Shown: one piece after another, positions 49,097 to 57,944 of the stretch
Layout of the letters: each line of letters starts with the position of its first letter
How positions within the stretch are numbered: position 1 is the stretch's first letter
Assembly: GCA_001791305.1 (NCBI GenBank)
Contig: MGEI01000003.1
Span: forward strand, 13,926 to 77,925
Length of the DNA: 64,000 bases
Origin: Candidatus Uhrbacteria bacterium RIFCSPLOWO2_01_FULL_47_17
GTDB lineage: Bacteria > Patescibacteriota > Patescibacteriia > UBA9934 > GWF2-40-263
Direction: 5' to 3'
Translations under genes and position numbers: made by a program
Notes under the pieces: model-generated
Seen by the model: only the letters and a program-made list of their open reading frames with translations
The model's database searches: none
What the model was told of the DNA's origin: nothing

Positions 49097-50639
49097 ACTT
49101 TCCAAGCTCGATATTCTTTTTTCTCTTCAGCGCGCCAATAATTCCAAACGGAATCATGCGCTTCACAATCTCGAGCACTTCTTCGCCACTCATGCGCGTG
49201 GCCGGGGTGGTTCCTGGATTCACACCGCCGTTTTGAATGGTGTTTGCTGCGTCGTCGTAATACCACTCGTCGAGACCTTCGATGCGACCGGGGGACTGGA
49301 ACAATACGCGGTCAAATTTGATTCCTGTGTCTTTGCGTTTCGCCTCTTCTTTGCGCAGTGCCTCGACGACAGGTCGAAGATCAATGCTGCGAAGTTGTCG
49401 AGTAATAATATTTGTGTGTCCACTCGACGCGCGTCGTTGTACAACAAGATCCATTCGTTTGGCCGCGCGGAGGAATCCGGCAAGCGCAATGTTGTCTGTC
49501 TCGAGGTACGCGCATTTCAAATCCGCATTGCCTTGTTTTAGATCGAACTGGTTTGCTTTGCCTGTGTCGAGTAGTATCTGCCATTCGAGCGGGAGTTCTT
49601 CCGATCGTTTTGTTTCTTCGAGGACATGAAAATGGATGAGCGGGAGAATATAATCGAGCGTGCGTTTTGGATCATCTGGCAACGCGCGGTTTAAATTCAT
49701 CATGAGTCCGGAAAGTCCAAACGCGCGATCAAGCGGATCGTCGCTTATGGTTCCTTTACCCTCGAGGTCATCGCGTTTCGCCCAGGCGAGACATTTTTTG
49801 AGCGCGTTGTTTTGATCGATGCCGAGATACTTTGCGATGAGTGTCGATGCGCAATCTTCACGCTTACCTGATTCTGTGTTTGCAATATGGTGATCGAAGA
49901 GTCCGCCACCGAGGTCTATTGTGAGCACGCCTTCGGCCAGAAGTTGATCCGGATTTTTTCCTTCTGGAAGCGAAGACCAAAACAAAACAGGCGCGACATC
50001 AATTCCAGGAAACGCTTCTTTGCCGAAACGTGCGAGGATGTAGAGGGCGACACAAGTGTCCGCTTGGATTTTTGGAAAGATGACGACAGCCTCTACAGGA
50101 ATAGGTGCGTGTGTTTGTTTTGCGTTCGGATCGATAAAGGTTTGTTTCGCATCATCCCAAAACAGTTTCACAAATTTTTCACCCTCTTTTCCAACAAGCA
50201 CAAGACGCCCATTTACTGTGAGGGTAGGTACAAGGTCTGCTTCTTTTGGTTTACTACTCGTAAATGGATCGGCACCTCCGATCGACAAATGAAAATCTTT
50301 GTCGTTTTCTGGTAAAAGAAGCTGATCATCAAGAATAGTTTTTCGAACGGCATTCGATGGGTTCTCCTCAGTCAGGTTTGGAGTAAGATAGGTATATCCG
50401 TCGATCACGCCAAATCCATCAAACACAACAGAAGTTTGTGAAAGGGGAATGCCAAGTTTTTTTAACGCATCGGTGAGTTTATTTGAATCAACAGAATCAA
50501 AATACCCGAGCGTCATATGATGCTCCGGCATTTTCACACGTTTCTCTAACCCATTTTTTCGCCATTTCACAATCTGTGGATGCGCTTCAACGGTGTCGAA
50601 CGGAAAATTGTAACCAATCCATGCGGACTTTAATTGCAT
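49095..50639 (-). CDS. Two-domain protein: N-terminal 2H phosphoesterase (LigT-like, two H-x-T/S-x motifs) fused to an uncharacterised domain carrying a GGGLFDHH motif
   Basis: HHMTLGYF and FHLSIGGA about 90 aa apart = 2H superfamily signature; C-terminal 350 aa of unknown family with DLGGGLFDHH. Confidence 0.5.
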   Translation of the reverse strand: MQLKSAWIGYNFPFDTVEAHPQIVKWRKNGLEKRVKMPEHHMTLGYFDSVDSNKLTDALKKLGIPLSQTSVVFDGFGVIDGYTYLTPNLTEENPSNAVRKTILDDQLLLPENDKDFHLSIGGADPFTSSKPKEADLVPTLTVNGRLVLVGKEGEKFVKLFWDDAKQTFIDPNAKQTHAPIPVEAVVIFPKIQADTCVALYILARFGKEAFPGIDVAPVLFWSSLPEGKNPDQLLAEGVLTIDLGGGLFDHHIANTESGKREDCASTLIAKYLGIDQNNALKKCLAWAKRDDLEGKGTISDDPLDRAFGLSGLMMNLNRALPDDPKRTLDYILPLIHFHVLEETKRSEELPLEWQILLDTGKANQFDLKQGNADLKCAYLETDNIALAGFLRAAKRMDLVVQRRASSGHTNIITRQLRSIDLRPVVEALRKEEAKRKDTGIKFDRVLFQSPGRIEGLDEWYYDDAANTIQNGGVNPGTTPATRMSGEEVLEIVKRMIPFGIIGALKRKKNIELGK

Positions 50640-50780
50640 ATACGGCTAGTATACTCGATTAGAAATGGAGTGCCTAGATTATAAATGCAAAATTTTTCAA
50701 AAAGAAAACCCCGAGCTGTGAAGAAGGAAACGTCGAGCTACGCTCGGGATTCTTCTTCTTGCTCAGGGCAAGGGGGTCGC

Positions 50781-51347
50781 TTACGCCGCGGGCTGGGTGA
50801 GCTTCGCGCGGCGGGGCTTGCGGGCACCGCGGACGGGAGCGCGCAGGTAGGCGGCTTCGTCCATGATGATGATGTGCTGGTCGCGTTTCTTGTCGTTCGA
50901 CACGTGGGCGAAGTTGCCGTCCAGGTCGATCATGTGCGCGTACTCGCGGCCCTGGTAGTCGGACGCTTCCGTGTCGTGGATGATCACGTTGCACTCCGAA
51001 GGCTTCGTGCTCGGCCAGACGTTCATGTGGAAGCCGTAGTTGCAGGTTCCGTTGCCGTCGGCCTTGTGCCAGACACGCAATTTGATCTCGATGCGACCCG
51101 AGACCACACCGTCAGCGTTCGGCTGGAGGCCGTCGCGGAGATGGATGTCGACCTCGTTGATCTTCGTGTGGAGGAACTTGTTGCCGTCACGCTCGCCGGG
51201 GGCGAAATCGAGACCGACCACGTGCAGCGTGCCTTCGACCGTCTTGAGTGTGTAGACCCGCTTGCGCAGGACGCCTTCGACATTGTCGCGGTCGGCCGTC
51301 AGGGTGGCGATGAAACGTTCGAAAACACCGTTCGTCTGCAAGGACAT
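50781..51347 (-). CDS. Hypothetical protein encoded in a strongly GC-rich (about 63-65%) island; probable horizontally acquired gene
   Basis: ATG at 51347 with AGGAG SD; third-position GC bias very different from neighbours; long antisense shadow ORF on the plus strand. Confidence 0.4.
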   Translation of the reverse strand: MSLQTNGVFERFIATLTADRDNVEGVLRKRVYTLKTVEGTLHVVGLDFAPGERDGNKFLHTKINEVDIHLRDGLQPNADGVVSGRIEIKLRVWHKADGNGTCNYGFHMNVWPSTKPSECNVIIHDTEASDYQGREYAHMIDLDGNFAHVSNDKKRDQHIIIMDEAAYLRAPVRGARKPRRAKLTQPAA

Positions 51348-51652
51348 GGGGAACTCCTGAAAAGAGCACGCGGAGTGCTCGTTGGTGCATTGCATTTGCT
51401 TTGCACACGCTTGGGCTTCATCCAACCTAGGATTCGACCACTTCGCTCACGGCTTTACAAAGCCAGGAACGAAGAGGCCGCATCTCATGGTCGAGAACAC
51501 AATATACCATAAAAATGCACTTTTGTCAAGAGTTGAGCGAAGAAACTGCCCGTAAAATGGGCTTATTTCGTGAGTAGACAGAATTTCGTTATCGAGTATA
51601 ATCGCCAAAGAAGTAAAAAAATAAGGAGGAACTGCTCCAACGTAAAATACAT

Positions 51653-52093
51653 ATGAAAATCAGCGATCTTTTGGCCATGGAATTAGGTGAGAGTGTGAGT
51701 GTCGCAAATGAACCGTTTACAAAAATTGGACAAGCGGAAATTACGCTTGATGATGGGACCGCGATGTTTTGGTTGTATGACGATGAAGACAACATGTTGT
51801 CTGTCGCGCCAAAAGAAGACGAGATCGTTCTCTTTCATCAGATTACAGAAGAGATCGAACCGTCTGAAGTCATTCTTTTTCAAAACAAAGAATACGAATT
51901 TAGTTACGAAGACGCTGGAGTTGTGAAGCAGGTGGATGGCGATGCTCTGCTTGAGGAGGAAGATCGCAATGGATTCTCGGATTATCAATCCAAAGACGGA
52001 GAGACCCTTCGTGTGATCACAAATGAAAATTCGGGTGAGGCTGTTGCGTATTTCGGAAGAGTTGTCGCGGAAGATGACCTTTCAGAGATTTAA
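51653..52093 (+). CDS. Small acidic hypothetical protein
   Basis: 146 aa, pI very acidic; followed by a good terminator at about 52100-52140. Confidence 0.35.
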   Translation: MKISDLLAMELGESVSVANEPFTKIGQAEITLDDGTAMFWLYDDEDNMLSVAPKEDEIVLFHQITEEIEPSEVILFQNKEYEFSYEDAGVVKQVDGDALLEEEDRNGFSDYQSKDGETLRVITNENSGEAVAYFGRVVAEDDLSEI

Positions 52094-52154
52094 AAAGACA
52101 GGTAAAATACAGACGACGAACACGCGTCTGTATTTTTGTTTCGTGTCTTTTTTC

Positions 52155-53909
52155 ATGAAACCTCGCAAACAGTGGCAACAACAAACGGGGATAAAACGTG
52201 AGTGGCGCATGGATGCGTTGCGCTCGGTCTTTTTGTTGTTTGCCGTTCTCATCATCCTCAAATTATTTTTCATTCAAGTTGTGCAGCATGAAAATTATGC
52301 CGCGCTCGCAAACGGCCAGCATGAGATTTTTCAAAAGTTGTACCCAGAGCGCGGACAGGTGTTTGTGCATGATGGGGATTCCTTAACGCCCGTCATCACA
52401 AATCAACAGCTCGCATTTGTGTATGCAGATCCAAGATATGTGAAAGATCCAAACGCAACTGTGGAAGCTCTTTCGCCTCTTCTTTCATTTGATGATGAAC
52501 GTAAAGCACTTCTGAAAACAAAATTTGCAAACACGAAAGATCCTTATGAACCCATTCAGCGAGGAGTGACAAAAGAGACGCTCGATAAAATAAGCGCGTT
52601 AAAACTCCCGGGGATTTTCTTTCTCATGGAATCAACGCGTTTGTATCCGGAGGCAAACATGAGTGGTCAGATTTTGGGATTTTTGGGTTCGGATAAAGAA
52701 GGAAAACAAAAAGGACGTTACGGGATTGAAGGATATTTTGAAAAAGAACTTGCGGGGTCGCAAGGATTTTTGAAATCGGATCGCGACATTGCGGGAAATA
52801 TTATTGCGGTTGCGGATCGATCATTCACCCCCGCGCAACATGGATCAGACATTGTTCTGGCTCTCGACCGCACGATTCAATTTAAGGCATGTACGTTGCT
52901 TGCCGCGTCCGTAAAAAAACACGGAGCAGATGGAGGAAGTATCATTGTGGTGGAACCAAAAACGGGACGCATTCTTGCGATGTGCGGCGCACCAGACTTT
53001 GATCCAAACAAATTTGGAGAAACAAAAGATGCAAACGTTTTTAACAACCCAGCCATTTTCGGATCGTATGAACCGGGTTCCATTTTTAAACCCATCACGA
53101 TGGCGGCGGCAATAGACGTTGGTGCGGTTTCACCATCCACGTTATTTAATGATACGGGAGAGGCGATGGTAGAAGGTTGGCCAAAGCCCATCAGAAATGC
53201 GGAGAACAAAAAATACGGAATGGTTGATATGACGACCGTGCTTGAAGAATCCATTAACACCGGAATGATTTTTTCCATGCGACAAATGGGAGGAGATATT
53301 TTTGCGGACGCCGTCAAAAAATTTGGATTCGGAAAAAAGACCGGCGTGGAACTTGCAACGGAATCTGTGGGGGATATAAGTTCCATGGAAAAGAAATCCG
53401 AAATTTATCGCGCGACCGCGTCTTTTGGTCAAGGAATTTCCGTGACGCCGCTTCAAGTGGTGATGGCATATGCGGCGATTGCAAACGGAGGTGTGTTGAA
53501 AAAACCGTTGATCGTGGATGAAATTCGTGTCGCAGATGGAACGGTTGAAAAACGTTCTTCTCAAGATATTACGCAAGTGATGAGTCCAAAAACATCGCGT
53601 ATGTTAGGCGCCATGCTTGTTGCGGTGGTTGAAAACGGACACGGAAAGCGCGCGGGCGTGCCTGGATATTATATTGCGGGAAAAACGGGAACCGCACAGG
53701 TGGCAAGTGAAAGCGGAGGATATGAGTTAAACAACACCATCGGGTCATTTGCCGGATTCGGTCCTGTCGAAGATCCAAAATTCGCGATGATTGTACGTAT
53801 CGATAATCCACGAGATGTCATTTGGGCAGAATCCACCGCCGCCCCACTCTTTGGTGAAATGGCCAGATTTCTGTTACAGTATTTCAAAGTAGCACCGACG
53901 AGGAAATAA
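52155..53909 (+). CDS. ftsI: Penicillin-binding protein 2/3 (FtsI-type transpeptidase)
   Basis: N-terminal TM anchor, dimerisation domain, transpeptidase motifs SxxK-like (STFKPIT), SIN (SxN), KTGT. Confidence 0.85.
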   Translation: MKPRKQWQQQTGIKREWRMDALRSVFLLFAVLIILKLFFIQVVQHENYAALANGQHEIFQKLYPERGQVFVHDGDSLTPVITNQQLAFVYADPRYVKDPNATVEALSPLLSFDDERKALLKTKFANTKDPYEPIQRGVTKETLDKISALKLPGIFFLMESTRLYPEANMSGQILGFLGSDKEGKQKGRYGIEGYFEKELAGSQGFLKSDRDIAGNIIAVADRSFTPAQHGSDIVLALDRTIQFKACTLLAASVKKHGADGGSIIVVEPKTGRILAMCGAPDFDPNKFGETKDANVFNNPAIFGSYEPGSIFKPITMAAAIDVGAVSPSTLFNDTGEAMVEGWPKPIRNAENKKYGMVDMTTVLEESINTGMIFSMRQMGGDIFADAVKKFGFGKKTGVELATESVGDISSMEKKSEIYRATASFGQGISVTPLQVVMAYAAIANGGVLKKPLIVDEIRVADGTVEKRSSQDITQVMSPKTSRMLGAMLVAVVENGHGKRAGVPGYYIAGKTGTAQVASESGGYELNNTIGSFAGFGPVEDPKFAMIVRIDNPRDVIWAESTAAPLFGEMARFLLQYFKVAPTRK

Positions 53910-53913
53910 AATT

Positions 53914-54003
53914 GTGTCATCCCGAGCGGAGCCGAGGGATCTCACATTTATAAAACGCGAGATTTCTCCGTTCGTCGATGACTCCTCAGTCGGAATGACA
54001 CAG
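53914..54003. repeat. MITE-like palindromic element family C copy 2 (reverse orientation) between ftsI and murF
   Basis: gtgtcatcccgagcggagccgagggatc...ctcctcagtcggaatgacacag; aligns end-to-end with 16521-16617 in reverse complement. Confidence 0.5.
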
Positions 54004-54017
54004 ATGCCAAAAATATT

Positions 54018-55334
54018 ATGAAAAAAACTCTTGAAAAACTCCTCGCCAACAAAGCTCGCGCTTTCCTCGACAAGCACCACCCAATCATTATTGGCGTTAC
54101 TGGCTCCGTTGGGAAAACCTCGACGCGTCATGCGATCGCGACAATTCTTTCGGCGAAGTATTCGGTTGTGACCTCGATTGAGAATTACAATAATGAGCTT
54201 GGGTTACCTCTCTCGATTCTTGGCGAGAAGTCACCGGGAAAGAATGTGTTTGGATGGTTGAAGATTCTGTGTTCCTCGAAACGCAAAGCGGCGGAGGTGT
54301 ATGTGCTTGAATATGGCATTGATCATTCAGGTGACATGGATGCGCTTGTGGCGATTGCAAAACCATCGATTGCGGTGATGACCGCGCTCTCGCCAGTTCA
54401 TGTGGAATTTTTTTCATCGGTTGAACAACTCGGTGAAGAAAAGGCGAAACTGCTCGCAGCGGTTCCCTCGGACGGACTTGTTGTGTTGAATGCGGATGAC
54501 CCGAATGTTGTTGGACTCGGAAGCCATGCAGTTGCGCCAATTGTCACGTATGGGTTTCGAGAAACAGCGGATGTACACGCAACAGATTACGCGATCGAAA
54601 CGCGATCGGATTTTTCCTTCCAACCCGGCGAACAATTTTCGGAATTGCATGTGAATGTTCATGTATCGAATGCACGGGATGGTCATGACCATCCCCTACA
54701 ATCGATGGAATCGATTTTGATTACGCTTACGAATCAGCTTGGCAAAAGTGCAGTCAGTTCTGTGCTTGCGGCCATCGCTGTTGCGAAGCATCTCGAACTG
54801 TCCGATGATCAAATCCTCTCTAAACTTCCTGAACTCAAAAATGAACCCGGCCGCATGAATCCGATTCCGGGAATCAAAGGTTCACTCATTCTCGATTCAA
54901 CCTACAACGCCGCGCCTGCGTCCATGATGGCCGCTCTCTCGGTTTTGTCCGAGTTTCAGCCGGTCGAAAATGCAAAACGCATCGCGGTCCTCGGACACAT
55001 GGCAGAGCTTGGTGCGCAAACGGAACAAGAACACAGAATGGTCGGCATGCGTGCGGCGGAAGTGTGTGACCGATTGATTACGGTTGGAGAAGCGGCGCAT
55101 CATATTCGTCATGCCGCCATTGAAGCGGGAATGCCGGAAGAACATACGGCGGAATTTGCGCATCCCGTCGAGGCGGGACGATGGCTGGATCACGAAATCA
55201 AAAAAGGAGACATTGTGCTTGTAAAAGGTTCACAAAGCGCACGCATGGAAAAGGTTGTGAAAGATGTCATGGCCGAACCACTTCGAGCGCGGGAGTTGCT
55301 TGTGAGGCAGTCAAAGAAGTGGATCAAGTCATAA
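54018..55334 (+). CDS. murF: UDP-N-acetylmuramoyl-tripeptide--D-alanyl-D-alanine ligase
   Basis: IIGVTGSVGKTSTRH (P-loop), Mur ligase middle and C-terminal domain motifs. Confidence 0.85.
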   Translation: MKKTLEKLLANKARAFLDKHHPIIIGVTGSVGKTSTRHAIATILSAKYSVVTSIENYNNELGLPLSILGEKSPGKNVFGWLKILCSSKRKAAEVYVLEYGIDHSGDMDALVAIAKPSIAVMTALSPVHVEFFSSVEQLGEEKAKLLAAVPSDGLVVLNADDPNVVGLGSHAVAPIVTYGFRETADVHATDYAIETRSDFSFQPGEQFSELHVNVHVSNARDGHDHPLQSMESILITLTNQLGKSAVSSVLAAIAVAKHLELSDDQILSKLPELKNEPGRMNPIPGIKGSLILDSTYNAAPASMMAALSVLSEFQPVENAKRIAVLGHMAELGAQTEQEHRMVGMRAAEVCDRLITVGEAAHHIRHAAIEAGMPEEHTAEFAHPVEAGRWLDHEIKKGDIVLVKGSQSARMEKVVKDVMAEPLRARELLVRQSKKWIKS

Positions 55335-55417
55335 AGATGAATGGACGTCCCTCTCGACGTTCATTTTTTTTGCACAAAAAAATCACCCGTTCGCTATTGT
55401 GCTTTGGGTGAGTAAGG

Positions 55418-56122
55418 TTAGGCGGGAAATTCCGCGAGATCGGCTTTCGCAATCATGACGAGAATATGATAACGCACTGAGATTGTCTTGCGATCATATT
55501 CGTTTGTCGCTGGGTCGTAGTATGTCTCTGTCAGAGTTTTGAGTTCGTTTTGAATGTGTCTCACAACCGAGCGACGCTGTTTGTGTGTGAGACCTAAATC
55601 CTCATCCGAGAAACCTCCACGCGTTTTTGCTAGGCGAATTTCGTGAAGCTCCCAGACAAGAACGTCAATGGTTTTGGACAGATCTTTTATTTCGCGTAAA
55701 TGTTTGACGAACAAACGTCCATGTTCAAACCAGTACGCGCGTTCAAGAAGCTCGATAGTTCGTTCAGTGAGATTGAATTCAGCAAGGGTGAACTTGTAGC
55801 GTGTTGTCATGTTCTGAACAAATTTGAGGAGCGTTGGAGTCGACTCGATAAGAAACGTATTGCTTGTTGCACGCGCAACAGCGTCTTTGATTGCAAGGAT
55901 CGCTCCTTCTCGTTCAAGCTCCATAAGCTCATCTGTGGACGCGCCAAGTTGGCTTGGGGAAATGCGTCGCTTGAGCATTTGTTCTGTAAAAGACAATCCG
56001 ACACGACACACAATGTGTGGGTGCGGTTTTGCTGTACGAGCTATTTCGAGTTCCTCGCGAAGACATCGAATGATGGCTTCAATAGGAATCTGCTCATTAA
56101 GCAAAATAGGATCAAAGATCAT
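55418..56122 (-). CDS. Solitary hypothetical protein with a C-terminal R-x4-H (HEPN-like) motif
   Basis: 234 aa, helical; ...HKQRRSVVRHIQNE contains R-x4-H; flanked by terminators; no other domain recognised. Confidence 0.35.
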   Translation of the reverse strand: MIFDPILLNEQIPIEAIIRCLREELEIARTAKPHPHIVCRVGLSFTEQMLKRRISPSQLGASTDELMELEREGAILAIKDAVARATSNTFLIESTPTLLKFVQNMTTRYKFTLAEFNLTERTIELLERAYWFEHGRLFVKHLREIKDLSKTIDVLVWELHEIRLAKTRGGFSDEDLGLTHKQRRSVVRHIQNELKTLTETYYDPATNEYDRKTISVRYHILVMIAKADLAEFPA

Positions 56123-56272
56123 GTTGCCTCCGTTTTCAAAGAACGAGAGAGATGTTTAACACAAATAGAATGGGTACGTCAATGATCCCATATACGTTGA
56201 CGACAAGCATGTCTTTCGGTATTATTTCGCCAGTTCTTTCACTCTGATCACTAGCGCATCCTGGAGGATCTC

Positions 56273-56902
56273 ATGTCCATCACTGTTTCTCAGCACCCGA
56301 TCGTGCGCACTGCGCTTACGCATCTACGCGACAAAAAGACAACGCCGGAAGTGTTTCGCCGTGAATTGCATCGTCTGAGTCAGGTGCTCGCGGTGGATGC
56401 AACACAACATCTCGTGATCGATGGGTATTCCGTTCAAACCCCCCTTGCGAAAGCACCAGGGTTCGAGCTGAGTGGACAGCAAGCGTTGATCCCGATCATG
56501 CGTGCGGGTAGCGGCATGCTCGCTGCGTTTCTCGGTTTCCTGCCGAACGCATATGTCTGGCACATGACCATGTCGCGTAACGAGGAAACACTCGAGCCTG
56601 AGTTTCATGGAAGTAAAGTTCCCGCAAAGATCGCGCCGAACATCGACACGTGTTTCATTCTCGACCCCATGCTCGCAACGGGCGGCAGCGCGTGTCTCGC
56701 GATTGATTATGTGAAGAAGGCAGGTGCAGAACGCATCGTCTTTGTCGGTGTGCTCGGTGCACCAGAAGGCGCGGCGCGTTTGCAAAACGCACATCCGGAT
56801 GTCCCGATCATCATCGGTGCGATGGACGAACGTCTGAACGAACACGGGTACATCATGCCCGGTCTCGGTGACGCAGGCGATCGCTTGTTCCCGACAACAT
56901 AA
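56273..56902 (+). CDS. upp: Uracil phosphoribosyltransferase
   Basis: PRPP-binding FILDPMLATGGS and C-terminal YIMPGLGDAGDRLFPT. Confidence 0.9.
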   Translation: MSITVSQHPIVRTALTHLRDKKTTPEVFRRELHRLSQVLAVDATQHLVIDGYSVQTPLAKAPGFELSGQQALIPIMRAGSGMLAAFLGFLPNAYVWHMTMSRNEETLEPEFHGSKVPAKIAPNIDTCFILDPMLATGGSACLAIDYVKKAGAERIVFVGVLGAPEGAARLQNAHPDVPIIIGAMDERLNEHGYIMPGLGDAGDRLFPTT

Positions 56903-56964
56903 ACCTATCGCGTCTGAACGACTCGATTTTTTTTTGAAAGAAAAAACACACTCGAGTGAGTGTG

Positions 56965-57744
56965 TTAGAGATGCGAGTCGGCGAAAAGATCGATGGCGGA
57001 TGTGACGTAGCCCATGGCTTTTCCGTCGTGCATCGCATCTTCAGGCTGCGGAGTTCGAAGTCGACCTTCCGCATCGATGTTGATGTTCGGAAATTCTTTC
57101 ACGATTGGTGCGAGCAGATGGATGGTCTCTTGCGAGAGTCCACCCGCGACACCGGTTCCAAGATTTGGATGACGTGTGCGAACCGCGCGCAGGACCTCAA
57201 TCGCTCGCGCGGAATCCATCTCGAGACCATGTCCGCCCGAGAGGTCGAACAAAATGTCCGTGACGTGATCTTTGTACTCGTCCAGCCGTTCCGCAAGACG
57301 CTGCGGATTTTCGTCTACCTGTCTGAATGCCGTTGCTCCGATTTGGAGAACAACGCGCCGCATGCGCTTGGTCAGCATCGCTGTGGCGAGCTGATCTATG
57401 TTCGGCCACACCATGTTCAGTTGCACGCCGTCGCAAAACGGTCCCGCACGATCCATGAGTTGCATGAGCTGAACGTCGATCGTGTCGCGGTCATCGGTCG
57501 CGAAATGCGCGAGGTTGATCGCGAGCGGATCGTTCACAAAGCACGAAGCCAAGTCTTCAATGAGCGGCGTTCGCCCGGGCCACTTGTTTTGTTCACCACG
57601 GAGCGTTTTCGCACTCGCGAGCGCACCGACCATGAGATGATGATGAACTTGGAAGTGACCACGGATCGTCGCGAGCAGAAACTGTGCAAGATCATGATTT
57701 GCCTGGATAAATCCCGTCACACCAATGTAGGGTTGCGGACGCAC
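56965..57744 (-). CDS. TIM-barrel protein resembling phosphoribosylanthranilate isomerase (TrpF-like); function uncertain
   Basis: GTG start with AGGAG SD; CDGVQLNMVWP, ILFDLSGGHG, GVAGGLSQETIH resemble the TrpF phosphate-binding elements. Confidence 0.35.
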   Translation of the reverse strand: MRPQPYIGVTGFIQANHDLAQFLLATIRGHFQVHHHLMVGALASAKTLRGEQNKWPGRTPLIEDLASCFVNDPLAINLAHFATDDRDTIDVQLMQLMDRAGPFCDGVQLNMVWPNIDQLATAMLTKRMRRVVLQIGATAFRQVDENPQRLAERLDEYKDHVTDILFDLSGGHGLEMDSARAIEVLRAVRTRHPNLGTGVAGGLSQETIHLLAPIVKEFPNINIDAEGRLRTPQPEDAMHDGKAMGYVTSAIDLFADSHL

Positions 57745-57850
57745 GTGTTTCTCCTTTGTATGAGATCGACATTCCCGGTCGATCGGGGTCAAATGACAGC
57801 GATTTATAATATAAAAGAGCAGATTTGTCAATTTATGCTGTTTGATGAGA

Positions 57851-57886
57851 TTGACAATTGGCGGTTTTTTTGGTATTCTCACGCGT
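57851..57886 (+). promoter_or_regulatory. Promoter TTGACA-N17-TATTCT plus conserved downstream CACGCGTC, upstream of the TerC gene
   Basis: The 16-mer GGTATTCTCACGCGTC recurs (minus strand) at 44227-44242 with its own TTGACA 17 nt upstream. Confidence 0.4.
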
Positions 57887-57944
57887 CGATTTTGGAACGG
57901 TTCCAAGTTCGATAAAGTGTTCAATACAGGAGAAAAAAAGACAG

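Noticed and set aside
50685-51512. 275-aa plus-strand ORF in the GC-rich island
   Set aside because: Antisense shadow of the minus-strand gene 50781-51347. High GC suppresses stop codons on both strands. The minus ORF has the proper SD and ATG and a less repetitive Arg/Ala composition.
57880-57944. Possible yybP-ykoY (Mn) riboswitch in the TerC leader
   Set aside because: Leader is only about 65 nt and lacks the conserved riboswitch core sequences. Only a promoter was called.
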